Of a DNA stretch of 64,000 bases, positions 36,791-50,305 are shown piece by piece. The stretch's first letter is position 1, and each line of letters starts with the position of its first letter. The translations under genes were made by a program, and so were the position numbers. The notes under the pieces were generated by a model that was not told the origin of the DNA, searched no databases, and was given only the letters and a program-made list of their open reading frames with translations. The stretch is from Welwitschia mirabilis. Its lineage: Eukaryota. The DNA is taken from assembly GCA_051453625.1 (NCBI GenBank), contig JBOZIK010000001.1, forward strand, positions 47,327,012 through 47,391,011, in the 5' to 3' direction.

Positions 36791-38254
36791 TAACTTTATT
36801 TAAAAACTAAACTTTATTTTTAAATATAGGTGGATGTCATTCCTGATGATTTTCCCTAAGATTCTGAATGAATCCTTGAGTTTTCACTTTACATTTGTAC
36901 ATGGGACCACTTGAGCTTCATTCTTTAAAATTCTTTATGGCAAGTGGATAAGGGTTCAAGAGTCCTCATGGAGAACCCTTGAGTACTCGATAACCTCTCC
37001 TGAATCCTTAATCCACCTTGATGCTAACTCAACTCAAGGTGCTTAATGGCCCTTATTGATCATTTCTCGAACCTCTCTCCAACTTAATCACATTTTCAAT
37101 CATCCTCTATTTGACACCTCTAGCATATGACTCTAAATTGACTTGCATATTTTTAATTCATCATTAAAAATATTTCATGTTAGCATTTCCTATTAAATTC
37201 TTGTTGTATGTCAAAATAAATCCAATAAAATCATCCAACTTAAATTAATTTTGCAAAAATCACTTTAGGTTATAAATTAAAGCAATTGGTAAGTTTGTAA
37301 TAACTTTGCATGATATTTTTTTGTGCTTTTATTTTTCCCTTGCAATAGACTTTCCATGAAGTTGATTATCTCCCATGGCTTCTTAAGCAATTGCTACTCT
37401 TAAAGGTATTTCTTTCAAGTTTCTTAATTCATTTAGAAACATGTCATTTTTTTTCAAAGAGGTAGAATGAAATACTTCATTTTCTACATTTTGTGTATAT
37501 TATTAAACTTATTTGCAAATCCTTCACCGTTTTATAGCCTTAGAATGTTTAAAATAAGAATTTCTTCTAAAAAAAACATTCTCTTATTTGAAAATGAGTT
37601 TAAAGTCTTATTATTTGCATTTTAGGAATTAAAATTAAACTTGTATTAATGGTTTGTGCTATAAATTCTTAAATAAACTAAATCAAAGCCTAATTAATAG
37701 CTTTAGCTATTAGACCAAAAACTAGTTAACTTAGTACAGTTATGAAACTATAATTAACTTATAAACCAATTGAGAGTTACAGCTATCAATTAGGTAAGTT
37801 GAAACTAATCTAACTAAAATTCAATTAATAACGTTGATTATTGCTTGAATAACTAGTTAACTTAGTAATGGCTTATAACTAAAAGCAAGTTAAATTCCTA
37901 CTTTATTAAATTTAGTTAATTCAAGATTAAATAAGAAAACTAATTAATATTTTTACTATTAGTTAGGTGGTTAAATAAATTCACCAAACTAAAATCCCTA
38001 CTTAGCACATAATATTCATAAAATTATTAAGATATGAATTAAAATTCAAGGAAAGGGTTTGCTTAAAACTGATTGATATCCCTTGCTACCAGTATGGGAA
38101 CTAATTAACTTTATCCAAGATCATGAATATATTTATGTTACTCAAACTAAATTATTTTGATAAAGGATTTCTTTGTTTTATTGTTATGTTTTAAAAAGAA
38201 AACTCTATTTATCAGAATGTAGAATTATTTCTTTCCTAAACTTTTAAGGGATCT

Positions 38255-40900
38255 TGATAGATCCCTACTTCATAGGTTTTAGATCTAGAATGATTAAATT
38301 AGGATGGATTGACTGGTTAACAATAAAAGAAGGATATAATTTTAAAATAATATCTGAATTTTATTAGTACCTATAGTATAAAGAAGACCATAAAGTGATT
38401 GAAACTATTATGAATAGTAGTAAGATCTCCTTTTCTTAAGAGGATCTTCAAAGAATTTTAAATTTGAAGAGAGGAGGAACGTCCATAGGAGACATTAGTA
38501 AAAAGAAAGATTCAGAGATCAGTTTGCATTTATTAGAACATGCTATAGTTGATGGGAGGATATCCATTGATAAAGGTTCAGATCCTAAACTACTCATTAT
38601 ATTTAGAATGGGAACAAGTAATCTTGTATTTATATTAAATGAGCATAAGAAATTAACCTTGCCAGAGTTATATATGTATGAGGCTATAGAGGATACCACT
38701 AATTAGAAAAATTTAAATATTGCTAATTGAATTTTTTAGGAAATGATAAGGCATATTTCAAAAATGTGGAAAGTGGAAACTAGTGGGATCATAATATTAT
38801 GATCCCTGACAACCATTACTAGGATTTTGAGTTCCCAAATAATCAATCTAAGAGTCAATAAGCCTCATATAAAAATCATGTATTAGTCTTTATTTTGAGG
38901 TTAAATAACTTAGTATTCTAAAAAGCCATCAAGATTAAGTAGGACCAAGCACTTCTACTAGCATAGAATTAACACCATCTAGGGTAGAAGAGCCATCCAC
39001 AACTTAATTTTCTATAGAATGATTATTGCAAACTCTATTCCACTTTAAATCCTTTAGTAAGGCTTTAGAGGAGGATAAATTGGGTAGTTTATGTAGAGCC
39101 TTAAGATAACTTAGAGAATAAATATAAATTTTTCTACAGAAGATGAAGAGATTGTAACTAAAAAGTTAGAATTCATGCCTACATATTGAAAATTCATTTT
39201 TTAAAATGCAGTTAGAGCAAGAGAGAGGAAATATTGCAATAATGTAATAGGAAATTAAAGATATAACAATAGCTACTTCTTATTGTTCTAATACATATAA
39301 AGGTACAATAGAACAACTAAAAGAAGCATACAAAATAATAGCTAAATTAAAAGTAATTTTGAAATAAGAAGAATGCTCCAGAAAGTAGATTAAAAGAGAA
39401 ACTCGAATTAATTATCTCCTTGTTACAGCTCTTAGCAACTTCAAAAAAAATATGATGTAGACTATATAGGCTAATAGCAAAAATTTACCACATTCATACA
39501 TAATGAAGGGCTATTTCTCTTAAATAAAGAAGATTCTAAGAGAAGTTTTGTAGATTCACAAGGTATTAATAAAAAATATATAAAAATTCAAGCTAACACA
39601 GAGGACTACAGGAAAAAATAAGTAGAGGTTTGAACTTCAAATGATATTGATCAAAGTACTATTAAAGCTAATTAAAAATTAATTTAGTAATTATAGGAAG
39701 AGAATAGCCAATTGCAAGTACAAATTAACCAAACTAATAAATTACAAGAACTCATGCAACCCATTGGTAGTCCAGCTTTGAAACATATCCTATTAGAAGT
39801 AAAATAAGAAATTAAAAACATAGCAAGAATAGTTCGGGGCCTAACTAAAAGTAGCCATTTTAAAAGGTCCCAGCTAAACTGGATTGGAAAAACTAAGCCC
39901 AGTGAATGGAAGAAAGATTAGAGATAAAATTAAAGAATCATATGAAATAATCCTTATCAGATTTGAAAAATAATATTAGAATAATATACTGAAAATCAAA
40001 TCAGATCATCATTTAGAACCTTGAATAGGAGAATAAAAAATTATTAGATCATACTAGAATGATATGAGTTAGAATAGGTAAAAGATTAAGGTTTTTGTTT
40101 TATAAAATTAAAGTTCCAAGGAATGTGGATTATTATTGATATAAATTATATGATTTTATAGATAATTTTCAAGAATAACTATAAAACATAATACAAAAAT
40201 CCTCTAGAGGTTATTCAAATATCAATAGGATTTTTGGTACTTACATAGAACAATTACAAAAATTAAAAAGCAAGTTTGATGAAAAGAGCAGAGACCTATT
40301 TGTTGAAAATAGAATAAGCTTAATGAATACAATGGCCATCTAGTTTATTAAAATTATAAAATATAAGTTAGACTTAAATCTGTTTGACATTCCTTAACAA
40401 GATCTATAGTAACTTATCCTAGTTTGGAAGAGAATAGTCTTAAATATGAATATGATAAGGGGTGCATTTTCTAAAAGTTTTGCTAAATTTAAATTTGAAT
40501 ATATACAGAGATTTTCATAATTCCCTTTAAACAAACTTCTATAGAATGGATAATTAGTCATACTGCACTTATTCCTTTTACTCCCTCATCTTTTACTAAG
40601 CCTTGGAGCACTCAACCAAAGGCTTTCCCTATTTCAAAAAGAGGAGAAAAGAGTTTACAAGGTAAGGTTACTACAAAAGAAAGAGGCAAAGAAAAAACTA
40701 TAAAGATTCAAAAATTCTTAGCCCCTAAGGTAACTAAAGCATTGAATTTAGAAGATTTAGCTCTAATAGAGGAGCAAAGAAAATTTTTAAAGAAAATTGA
40801 GTAGGAAAGGAAATCTACACAATTAGCCTCATAGGTAACTGGAAATGAACTGCTTAAAGAACAATCTTCTAAAAAAAAAAGGAAAGAAATAATTGTATTC
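38255..40900 (+). pseudogene. Long degenerate env-like/extra ORF of an LTR retrotransposon
   Basis: RMIKLGWIDWLTIKEGYNFKIISEFY*YL...IETIMNSSKISFS*EDLQRILNLKRGG...LNIAN*IF*EM matches the GWxxF..LVxEFY..TxVxGxxIxFS..IxxILxL domain. A long K/E-rich coiled-coil-like region follows and ends just before a PPT. The 3' extent is less certain. Confidence 0.65.
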
Positions 40901-40945
40901 TGAAAATTGTTAAGGGACTAATGAAATCTTAACCGTGGGGAAAAC

Positions 40946-41951
40946 TGATGAGTCAAAAATTTGTTTATTTGTTTGTAATTTTATTAACTTATTTAAATTA
41001 ATTAATGCATGTTTTATATCTTAGTTAGTATTTTAGTTAGTAATATAATTAATATAAAGAAAATGTTAACATATACATACATGTCTCTACACACCTTAAT
41101 ATACTTCAACCAGGATAGGATGACACTTGTCAAGGGAGTGCAAGGAGAAGTAACTAGAAGCTGAACAATAGGAACCTTTATCCACATTACACTACATTTA
41201 AGAAGAAAAAATGGAAACAAACCAAGAATATATTAGAAGCCAACAATAAAAGAGAAATAAGGAAGTGAGTTCAAGATCTTTGACAAAAGGAAGAGAATAC
41301 AAGTAATAGTGTATAAGAGGATTATATGTTGGATATTAAGATGAGAGAATCTCCAAGCACATCCTAAGAAGGAGAGTAGCACTCCTCATAGTTTCAAGTG
41401 TTACATGAAAAAGAAAGCTCTTTCATTAGTATTATCTCAAATTATGGCATTAGTTGAATTTGAGAATTGAAAAATAATTTTTTATGATATTATAATAAAC
41501 TACTATTATACTTTAAAGCAAAATGCTTGTATCTTTTCTTGTATGTCTTTAGCTGAAAGGTATTAGGATATTATAGTGCTTAGAAATAGGTACTATTTAA
41601 TACTACTAGAAGATGCTTTTTTATTATTTTGATTTCCATGCTTTTATTTTATATGCATATTAAGATAGTTGAATAATATCATGTTACATAGTAAATAAAT
41701 TACAACTTTTGAAGAAGTTAATTTTCAACTTAAAAGATCCAAGAAATTGTTCTCAAGAGTTAATCTTGAAAATACAGTTTGAATTGAACTAGTTGGGAAC
41801 TTGTCTATTTTTATTAGTTCGGTAGTAAGCCTTTTAAGAAATTACTAATGACTTTGCTTATTTAACAATACATTAGCTAATAGTTTTAATATTTTATTGT
41901 GTAATTTATTATATTCTTGCACTCTTTTTATACGAAAATAAGATTCCATCA
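40946..41951 (+). mobile_element. 3' LTR (~1.0 kb) of the env-like-ORF element
   Basis: Preceded by PPT-like GTGGGGAAAAC (40935-40945); termini TGATG...CATCA form a 5-bp inverted repeat; followed by (TA)n. Confidence 0.65.
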
Positions 41952-43804
41952 TATATATATATATATTCCCTTCTACCTCAATGATATGAGATGATTCATT
42001 TATTGTTCATCATATAGGTTACCTTTATTACAAGCTAAATCAGAAGAATCTTCATAAGATATTTATTTTTATTACAGCTTTAACTCAAGATAATAAAATT
42101 AATCTTTATCAAAAACTTATAGCTTTTTATTAGTAAATAATCTTACAACATAAGTTAAAATATAAAGTTCTTTATTTAAAGATAGAAAATCTAACACTAA
42201 ATAATACAATACGGGATGAACACATTTGTAGTAAAAATCATAAAAAAATTGTGGGTATAACACCTATCTTTAAATATTACAATATCCTAAGTATTTATAT
42301 AATAATAAATAATATAAATAAAGAGAAATAATAGCATTTTAAGAATCTATGAATAAAACATTTATCATTGAAATTATTCTATAATGATTTTTATAAAATA
42401 GTTAACATAAAATAGATTCTTTTCATAATCAAATGATTTGTATAAATTTGTTGTAAAATAAGTAATACACAATTTAGTTTTTTAGGATAAAATTCTTTGT
42501 GTTAGTGCTAAATGTAAAGAATAAAGAAGGATTCCTTTATAGGATAGAGGTGCAACAAAGATTATTACATTTCAACCTTATTTTATGTTAATCATAAGCT
42601 TGCTAACATTTCTAGGTGTTACAAAAATGTGCTTAAAAAAATAACTTCTATGTTGATCTTAGGCTTGCTACCATTTGTAAGTGTTATACAAGTATTCCAA
42701 GAAGATCTCTAATGCGTACATGATAGAATATTTATATCCATTTTTACTCACATGAATTGGATTTTTATTCACTTGTTACAAATATATTTGAATCATTATA
42801 AGTGGAATGTGATATTACTATTGTAACTTATACATTTTTCTCTACTTTCCATGTGTCTTTCTATATTTTATTATCCATGATATCTTTTATATTCATATTT
42901 ACTCTTATGTATTCCATTAGTGTCACTTATTATGATTCTCTTCAATGTGTATATTTATATAAAAGAGAATAAATAATATAAATGTTCAATTTCAAATAAT
43001 GCATTTATTTATAATCTATGTTTCTATGGATATAAATGCTAGTATATATTCTAAGATAATTCAATACATAAGTAACACATACGATTGCAAATATATATAT
43101 ATTAAATACACATTAATTACAATAATTTATCACCTTTTAACAAGGAAGCCATACTAACTAAATTTCACTTGATTTAAAAATTGGTTCTAAAATAGCAAAA
43201 TAGTATTAAGAGGAGTTATTATAAAGAATGCTATTACTCATTGAAGCTTAGAATTTAGTTTAAAAAATAAAATAAAACTAGAACTTTCTTTTTGACAGTA
43301 CATCATAAGGGTGATATAAAGCTAATGTAATAAAAACTCTAAGACCAGTTTTAGGATTATGTAACAAAATATTAATTGCCATGAAAGAATTATTTTATAT
43401 TAATAGTATAAAAGATATAAGATCACAAACGACAATCACATCAAATTGAGATTCCATAAGCTCTTCTTAATAATAAACTTCAAAAGCCACATCTTAGATT
43501 TTACCACTTTAATCCCCCCTTAATCCTACCACTCTCCTCTATTTATGAGGATTTAAGATGAATCTCACTCATGGAGGGATACTTTAATATTAGTCTTCTA
43601 TAAATTTTACCATAAATAGCTCCTCAACATAACATATTTCTTACATCTATATGTACTCTAAACATGATGTAATCTTTACATCTAGATTTTCTTTAAACAT
43701 GTTAAATTTGTTGGAAAATAGATAATCAAGAATCACAAGCAATAAATTCTTAAAAAATCTTTATTTCTTCATCTTTTACCATATTTCTCTATATTTCTTA
43801 TTAC

Positions 43805-43852
43805 AATGAAGAGATTTCTTTTAAAATAAATGAAGAGATTTCTTTTAAAATA
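43805..43852 (+). repeat. Perfect 24-bp tandem duplication
   Basis: AATGAAGAGATTTCTTTTAAAATA twice. Confidence 0.95.
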
Positions 43853-44279
43853 AAGCATATCATTAAGGTCTCACTAGGACTTACACATTCCGCTAAGTGT
43901 ATGACCAGGGTGTACATATAAACCTTAGCAATTACCCCCTCATCATGGGAATATTCTCTATTTCAAGGGAAAACTAGAGTACCTAAAGAAAAACCTTGGG
44001 AATGTGGTCTACAGTAAAACATCCTTGAAGGTATTGTCATATGAGTAAATTACTTCATTAAAGAATTAGATAATTTATTACTATACATATCATAGTAGAT
44101 AGGACTATCATGTGCATTACACATTCTAAAATGCTAGGATGAAAACATATTACACATCCTTTAGTAGTAGGCTCAATTTGTACTACACATCCTTTAGTAC
44201 TAGGATTGAGATTAACTTCAAATAGAGAATCAAAAGTTAAATGAATTCCATAATGTAAAAGAGAAAAAATGAGCTTAAA

Positions 44280-46336
44280 TCAACTTATTATTTGAATTGG
44301 AAGTACTAGAACTTCTCTTGATCAAATAGTTTAGTAAGGATATTAGTAGTTTGCTTTATAGTTAGATCTTACACAGGCATTATAACTTTCTTTTATATGA
44401 GTTCTTTAATTTTATGAATTCAACATAAAAGTATTTTTTTCCTATCATGATGCACTAGATCTTTTGCTATACAAATTCATAACTAATTGTAAATGAAGAG
44501 CTCTATTACCTTCATCTATTTTAAATTTACTACTTTGAATAATTTTTTTAACCATTTAATTTTTTTTATATGTCTCAAAGGAATTGCATACCTTAGCAAA
44601 ATATCACGCTATACTTTTTGGTTGCTTTAACCATGAAGAAAGGCGTGATGTCTTTAAAAACATGATATACCCTGATGTTGAAAATGAGGTATCAGTTTTT
44701 CTAGTGAAATCAGAATTAGAGTATGCCTTTAGGAACAAATTGATAATTTTTTTTTTATAGGTTAGAACTAAATCTTTAGTCTTCTTCAGATATCATAGTA
44801 TTCTCTTGTAGCATTCAGATGAGTAACCTTATGTGCATGAATATATCTTCATAATACATCAACAACATATGATATGTCTATTTTAGTGTTGGTTACATAT
44901 ATTATATTTCTCACTATTTTTTGGTATTTAGGTTTATTTAGAGGTTTTGAGTATTTATCAATAAATATCTTAGCATTATTCTCTAAACATGTTACAACAT
45001 ATTTGACATTTTCTAATCCAAAATTCTAAATCAAATCTTTTGCGTACTTATTTTGTGTTAAGGATATTCCATTCTTTTACTAAATAGTTTCTACACATAA
45101 TAGAATCTGGATAACACAAGGTCAAAAATCTTGAATTTCTCAAGGTAATTTTTGTTCTTTTTATGTCTTCTTTATCACTTCCAGTTATCAACATATCCTC
45201 TACATATACCACTATGTATGTAGATTTTTACCCATCAGATTCTATGAATAACATAGCACTAACATCTTGATAATTACATAATTTGAATTTAATGGAACTC
45301 AAATAATTTTCAAGCATAGTGTACCAATAGTTCAATGTTTATTATAGCATATATAGAAATTTGATTAAGATATATACCTTATGTTCTTTACATTTTTCTT
45401 CAAATCCCTTTGGTTGTATAATGTAAATTTTTTCTTTTAGTTTCCATGAAGAAAGTCTTTATGTCTAATTGATAAATATTCCATCCTTTTTTCATTGCTA
45501 AGAAATTACTATTATGATGGTATTCCATTTTATTATGAGAGTTAAGACTTAATTATAATCAAGTCCTTTTTTCTGTTATAGGCCTACAGCAACAAGTCTA
45601 GCTTTGTATCACTTAGGGGTGTTATCTTCATTATGTTTATTATAGAAAAACGATTTTTTAGATAATCCTATGTGCCTTAATATAAGGTATATTAACTTCC
45701 AAATATCATTTTCAATAATACTACTATATTCTTCTTGCATGATTTTAATCCAATGATTATGTTGAATGGTATTTTTAAATGGGGTTGGTTCACCATCAAA
45801 GATTAAGAAAATCTCATTCACATTATCATCATGACATGTATTTGAGTTATATCTAGTTATAGTTTTACCCTTTTCATCATCATGAACATCTTAGAGAGTA
45901 TATTATAGCCAAGTACTTCAATGTTATCTCTGAGTAGTATTAGCTTCTTCAGTTAGAGAACCAGCTAAAACTCACTATTAAGATTGTGGTTAAGTATACT
46001 AGAAGCACAAAATTTCTCAATTCCTATTAGACTACAAATTAGACATACTAATAGAAGTAAATAAATCATTACTAGTGGCCATACCTTCCCTCTTAATTAT
46101 AGGATATTGAACATCTAACTGGATTACTGAATTAGAAGAAGAATGAATATTTGAAGGATTGAACTAATAATCATTGTTTGAAGTCTCTACAAAGATGATG
46201 TCATAAGAAATAATGATTTTATAATGATCTAGGAGATACACTTAATAATCCTTCTAGTTAATTGAATATCCCATAAAGATGTTAATGCAAGCATGTGGTC
46301 CAAATTTTTCATGATTTTTGCTTAGAGTATGGACAT
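44280..46336 (-). mobile_element. Ty1/copia element, 3' part (post-integrase, RT, RNase H), highly degenerate
   Basis: Minus translation: VHTLSKNHEKFGPHACINIFMGYS, EPTPFKNTI..WIKIMQEEYSSIIENDIWKL, YKARLVAVGL, YIVVYVEDMLITG, IAKDLVHHDRKK. Confidence 0.88.
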
Positions 46337-48576
46337 TGTGGGGTATATGTGACATTAATCTCATAACCTTCTTATACTTTACCATTTTACCATTTCATTT
46401 CAACTCTTCAATGTTATTACTATACCTAAAAATCTTACGTCATCTACTTTTACCATTATATCATTAAATCAACTCTGCTTTTCTTGGATCATTACACAAA
46501 TCCTTACTTACTTTAATCTCCATCATTTCATACTACTTTAAATCCTTAGCTTAAAAACATAAATGCCCATCTGTATTATCTAATCTTAATGTTTCTTCTT
46601 ATTCATTTGTTTTATTATTGGAAATGATATTATTGTTTATAATACTAATTTATTTTTAAATGCTTTAGGATTCTTTTTATACACATGAATGGCATGGGTT
46701 TAATTTGGCTTAAGATTTTAAAAAGAAGATGATAAAACCTTTAATGTGCATCTGTAATCCAATGAAATATCCACAAGGGCCTTAGTCACAGTAAAATATC
46801 CCTCTATCATTCCTTTTGAAAATATTAAAAAAGTGTTTATGTGATCTAACTTCTCCACTAAAAGAGATCAATAAGTTATGTAAGCAGAGCAGTTAGCTAA
46901 TTTAATACCTAAAGAAGCTTTAAATCTTCTACTTCTTTAGAATGATGGTTGTCCATCCATTAAAGGATTATTAGTTATTTAAAATCTAAATATTTAAAAG
47001 TACTAGAATAAATTCGAAGTCATCTAGAATTCACTTCTAGAAGCTCCAATTTGATTCATTCTTTACAAACATATAAGAATCCAAGTGACTAATATGGTTT
47101 AGATTTAATTCTCTAAAACAAAAGTATTGTTTCTTCTTTTTATTTCCTTTTTTCCATAATAGTAATAACTATAAACTTTAAATCATAGTCAAATAATAAT
47201 CTGAATGGCTGAGTGCAAAAAATTTCATCTTCAGGAGTGCTTGTAAAGCATTTAAAAGTCTATGGAATAGAGTATCTTGATAATATTATAAAGGCATATG
47301 TCTAAGTCTTTATAGAAGGTTCTGGAGTTTTTAGGCCTTAAATATTAAATCAGTAAGTGATACAAAATGGCCTTTCCATAGTCCTAAAGATGCTTGTTGT
47401 CATGATCTTTTAGATTTGAGAAAAGAGCTCTAAGGCTCACTATGATATAATTAGCCATTAAGATTTACCGAGGTGAATTTTACTAATTATCTTAAGTCTG
47501 CTCATCCAAAATTCATAGATCGTAGCAAGTAAAAACTTACTAGATTAATTGGAAAAGCTATTATAAAAGATTTATTTATTTCATAGAAATCTTAAATACA
47601 TGCCTTTACTTTATTTGTTCAAGGCTAGGTGCATTTGTCCCATAGAAATGAAATCTTTAAACTTCACTATGATAGCATGAACTAGATCATAACTATACTT
47701 TTACTAGTGATTACCAATGCATTGCATATATTAGTACTTTTTTTCGTTAGAATCATCTAAAATACATGAAAGACAAAAATAAAATAATTGCTATTATCTT
47801 CTCTCTTTTATGTTTGTAATGTAAGACTATCTCTCCCTATTTCCATGTTATAAATCCAATGTTATGGGTTTATTAATTAATTTTAAATTACATTAATTAG
47901 TATAAATGGATAATCAAAATTTGTTTTATTGTATTGAAGGAATAGGAAAGATGTGACTATGAATAGGATAAAGGATGAGAGGTAAGTACTATTGGAGGCC
48001 TTGTTTACATACCATAAGCCACTATAGAGCCTGTAATGGAATCACTTCCTTTAGTTTCTTGATATTAATTTCTTCATAAAGGAAGAATGCTAGACACTAC
48101 TTACTAAGAATGATGCTATTATTGAAAAAAAATCATATTGAAAAGTCATTTTGCTAGTTTGGTTTTCTATATTAGGAATTAATGTTTGAAAGCTTATCGG
48201 TTTGGTTTTTTATATCATAAATCCATGTTTAAAAGTATGTTTGTTGGTTTGGTTATTAGTATTAAACATTGATATTTGAAAATAAAGTGTATTATACAAC
48301 TATTTAATGTAATGTCTAATGAATATTTTCATTACCAAAAAAAGATTATGAACGTTTTAATCTTTAGTGCATTACAAGATGGATATTTTGATAAGCACAT
48401 GAATTATCTTCTTTGTAATAAAATTTATGATTGATGAGGAGTGATTTGGAAGAATTTGTTACGCACTTCTATGATAACATTATTTTGTAATTTTAATGTG
48501 ACATTACCTTTATGGTTAAAATATTTATGGGTTAATTGGACCTATTCCATTCCTATGGAATTTTAGAATTCCAACA
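46337..48576 (+). repeat. 5' LTR (2240 bp)
   Basis: Colinear with 50306-52566 over its whole length; TG..CA termini; followed by the PBS. Confidence 0.92.
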
Positions 48577-49504
48577 GTTGGTATTAGAGCCTATAGTAAA
48601 GGTGGAAAATTTAGTTCAATTATAAAATAGAGAAGGTTTTTATAAATATAAAATTAGCTTTAATGCATTATTGTATTGATAAATCCATGAAAAATGTTAA
48701 TTTAAATGAATAAAGATGTATATTTATAATTATTAATGCTTATACAAATTTGAGCATTATTTATCATGTAAAGTGTGTTGAAACATGTTTGGATTGTCTT
48801 AAATATTTTTTTAAAGAAAATTGAAGATGATGATTAAAGGATCGATATGATTCATTTTGATAGAGGAGGTATGTTATTTGATTAGGCATTTTATGACTAG
48901 TTTTAATATCAAGAAGTAAAATTTCAAACTTCAAAGGGTGGAGGAATTCAATGGAGAGATTGAAATGCTTAGAAAAGGAGGAAAAATCATGCTAAAAAAT
49001 GTAGAATGAGGTTTTAGATTTTAAGTAGAAGTAATACACATAATAAACTTCTTACAAAATCAAGTGGATCGAGGAAAGGTAATTTTTCCATTTAAAGTAT
49101 GGTTTGGTTTTAAACCTTGTATACCACATATTTTAAATTTTGATAAAGAGATACCTAAGGATCATGTAAGGTATCTCTTTATAGGATATTTAATTAACAA
49201 TGATTACATGTGTTATGTGATATAAAAGATTCATTAATAGTGTTACATGCAATTGATTTTGAAAATGATGAAATCTACAATGTTACATATTAGGGTAATG
49301 TATTTATGGAATGTGCTGAAGATAAGAAGAATGAAGTCTAGAAGAAAATTAATAAAATCGAATTCATAAAGCAAAAGGATATTAATGAAATCAAGTGTAT
49401 AAAAGGAAGGGATGACATTTAAAAAAGGTATAAAAGTTGAATATTTTGATAAAAATAAAATTTGAAAGTCAACTTATGTGAAATTAAACCAAAAAGAATT
49501 ATAA

Positions 49505-49693
49505 ATGAATCATAATAATATGACTTTAGATGAATTTTGTAAAAGGCATACATGGAATTTTGATAAGGATAAATGTGAGTTTTGTGGAATGTTAGGACAC
49601 AAGAAAATAATTTTCATTGATTTTCATCCATGTAAATTTTATATGAGAAGAAAGCATAAAACTAAAAATTTCTTTCAAAGAAATAATATTTAA
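49505..49693 (+). pseudogene. gag nucleocapsid remnant (one clear and one decayed CCHC knuckle)
   Basis: CEFCGMLGHKKIIF followed by CKFYMRRKHKTKNF, both with Cx2Cx4Hx4C spacing and the last Cys mutated. Confidence 0.65.
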
Positions 49694-50305
49694 CAACTTA
49701 TAATTCCAATGCAAGATTTAATTGTGCATATGTAAAGAAACGGAAGAAGTATTTAAATCATGGATGGATTACTAAATTTAAAGTAACTCGCCTTTTAAGG
49801 GGAAGTTACAGACTCAAAGAAGAAAGGTATGGTTTTATTTATGATAAGAATATTTCAAATTTTCAAGATGAAAAGAAAAATAAAAATACTTGTTTAAAGG
49901 GGAGCAACATGAAAGACAATATTAAGGAGGAAAGGAAGACAATTTGGAGAAAGAAAATTCTTGGTTGAATTGAAGATTCAAGAATGAATTCAAACATTAA
50001 TTAAATTGAGACTCATAAGGATAAAGAGATAAATTCAAAAAAAAAGGAAAATAATGTTTCACATGAAGAAGACTATATCACAATGAATCAAAAGTATACC
50101 TTACATTCCCTGGACATTAATCTTAAGGGGAAGAAGGAAGATAAAAAAGATAATGATTTTATTAATATCCCTAAAATGTTAAACTTGTAACATATTTTAC
50201 AAAACTCTCAAAAGTTCTTCAAGCCATTATTTCTATGAGAATACATTATCGTATTCTCATATCCTTTTTATCTTAAGCTTGTAAGCTTAATGTCAAAATG
50301 AAGTA

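Noticed and set aside
43560..43700. Minus-strand FRVHIDVRNMLC*GAIYGK...LILKY as LINE ORF1 or PIF/Harbinger transposase
   Set aside because: Fits both families only weakly over about 30 residues; cannot be assigned without a profile search.
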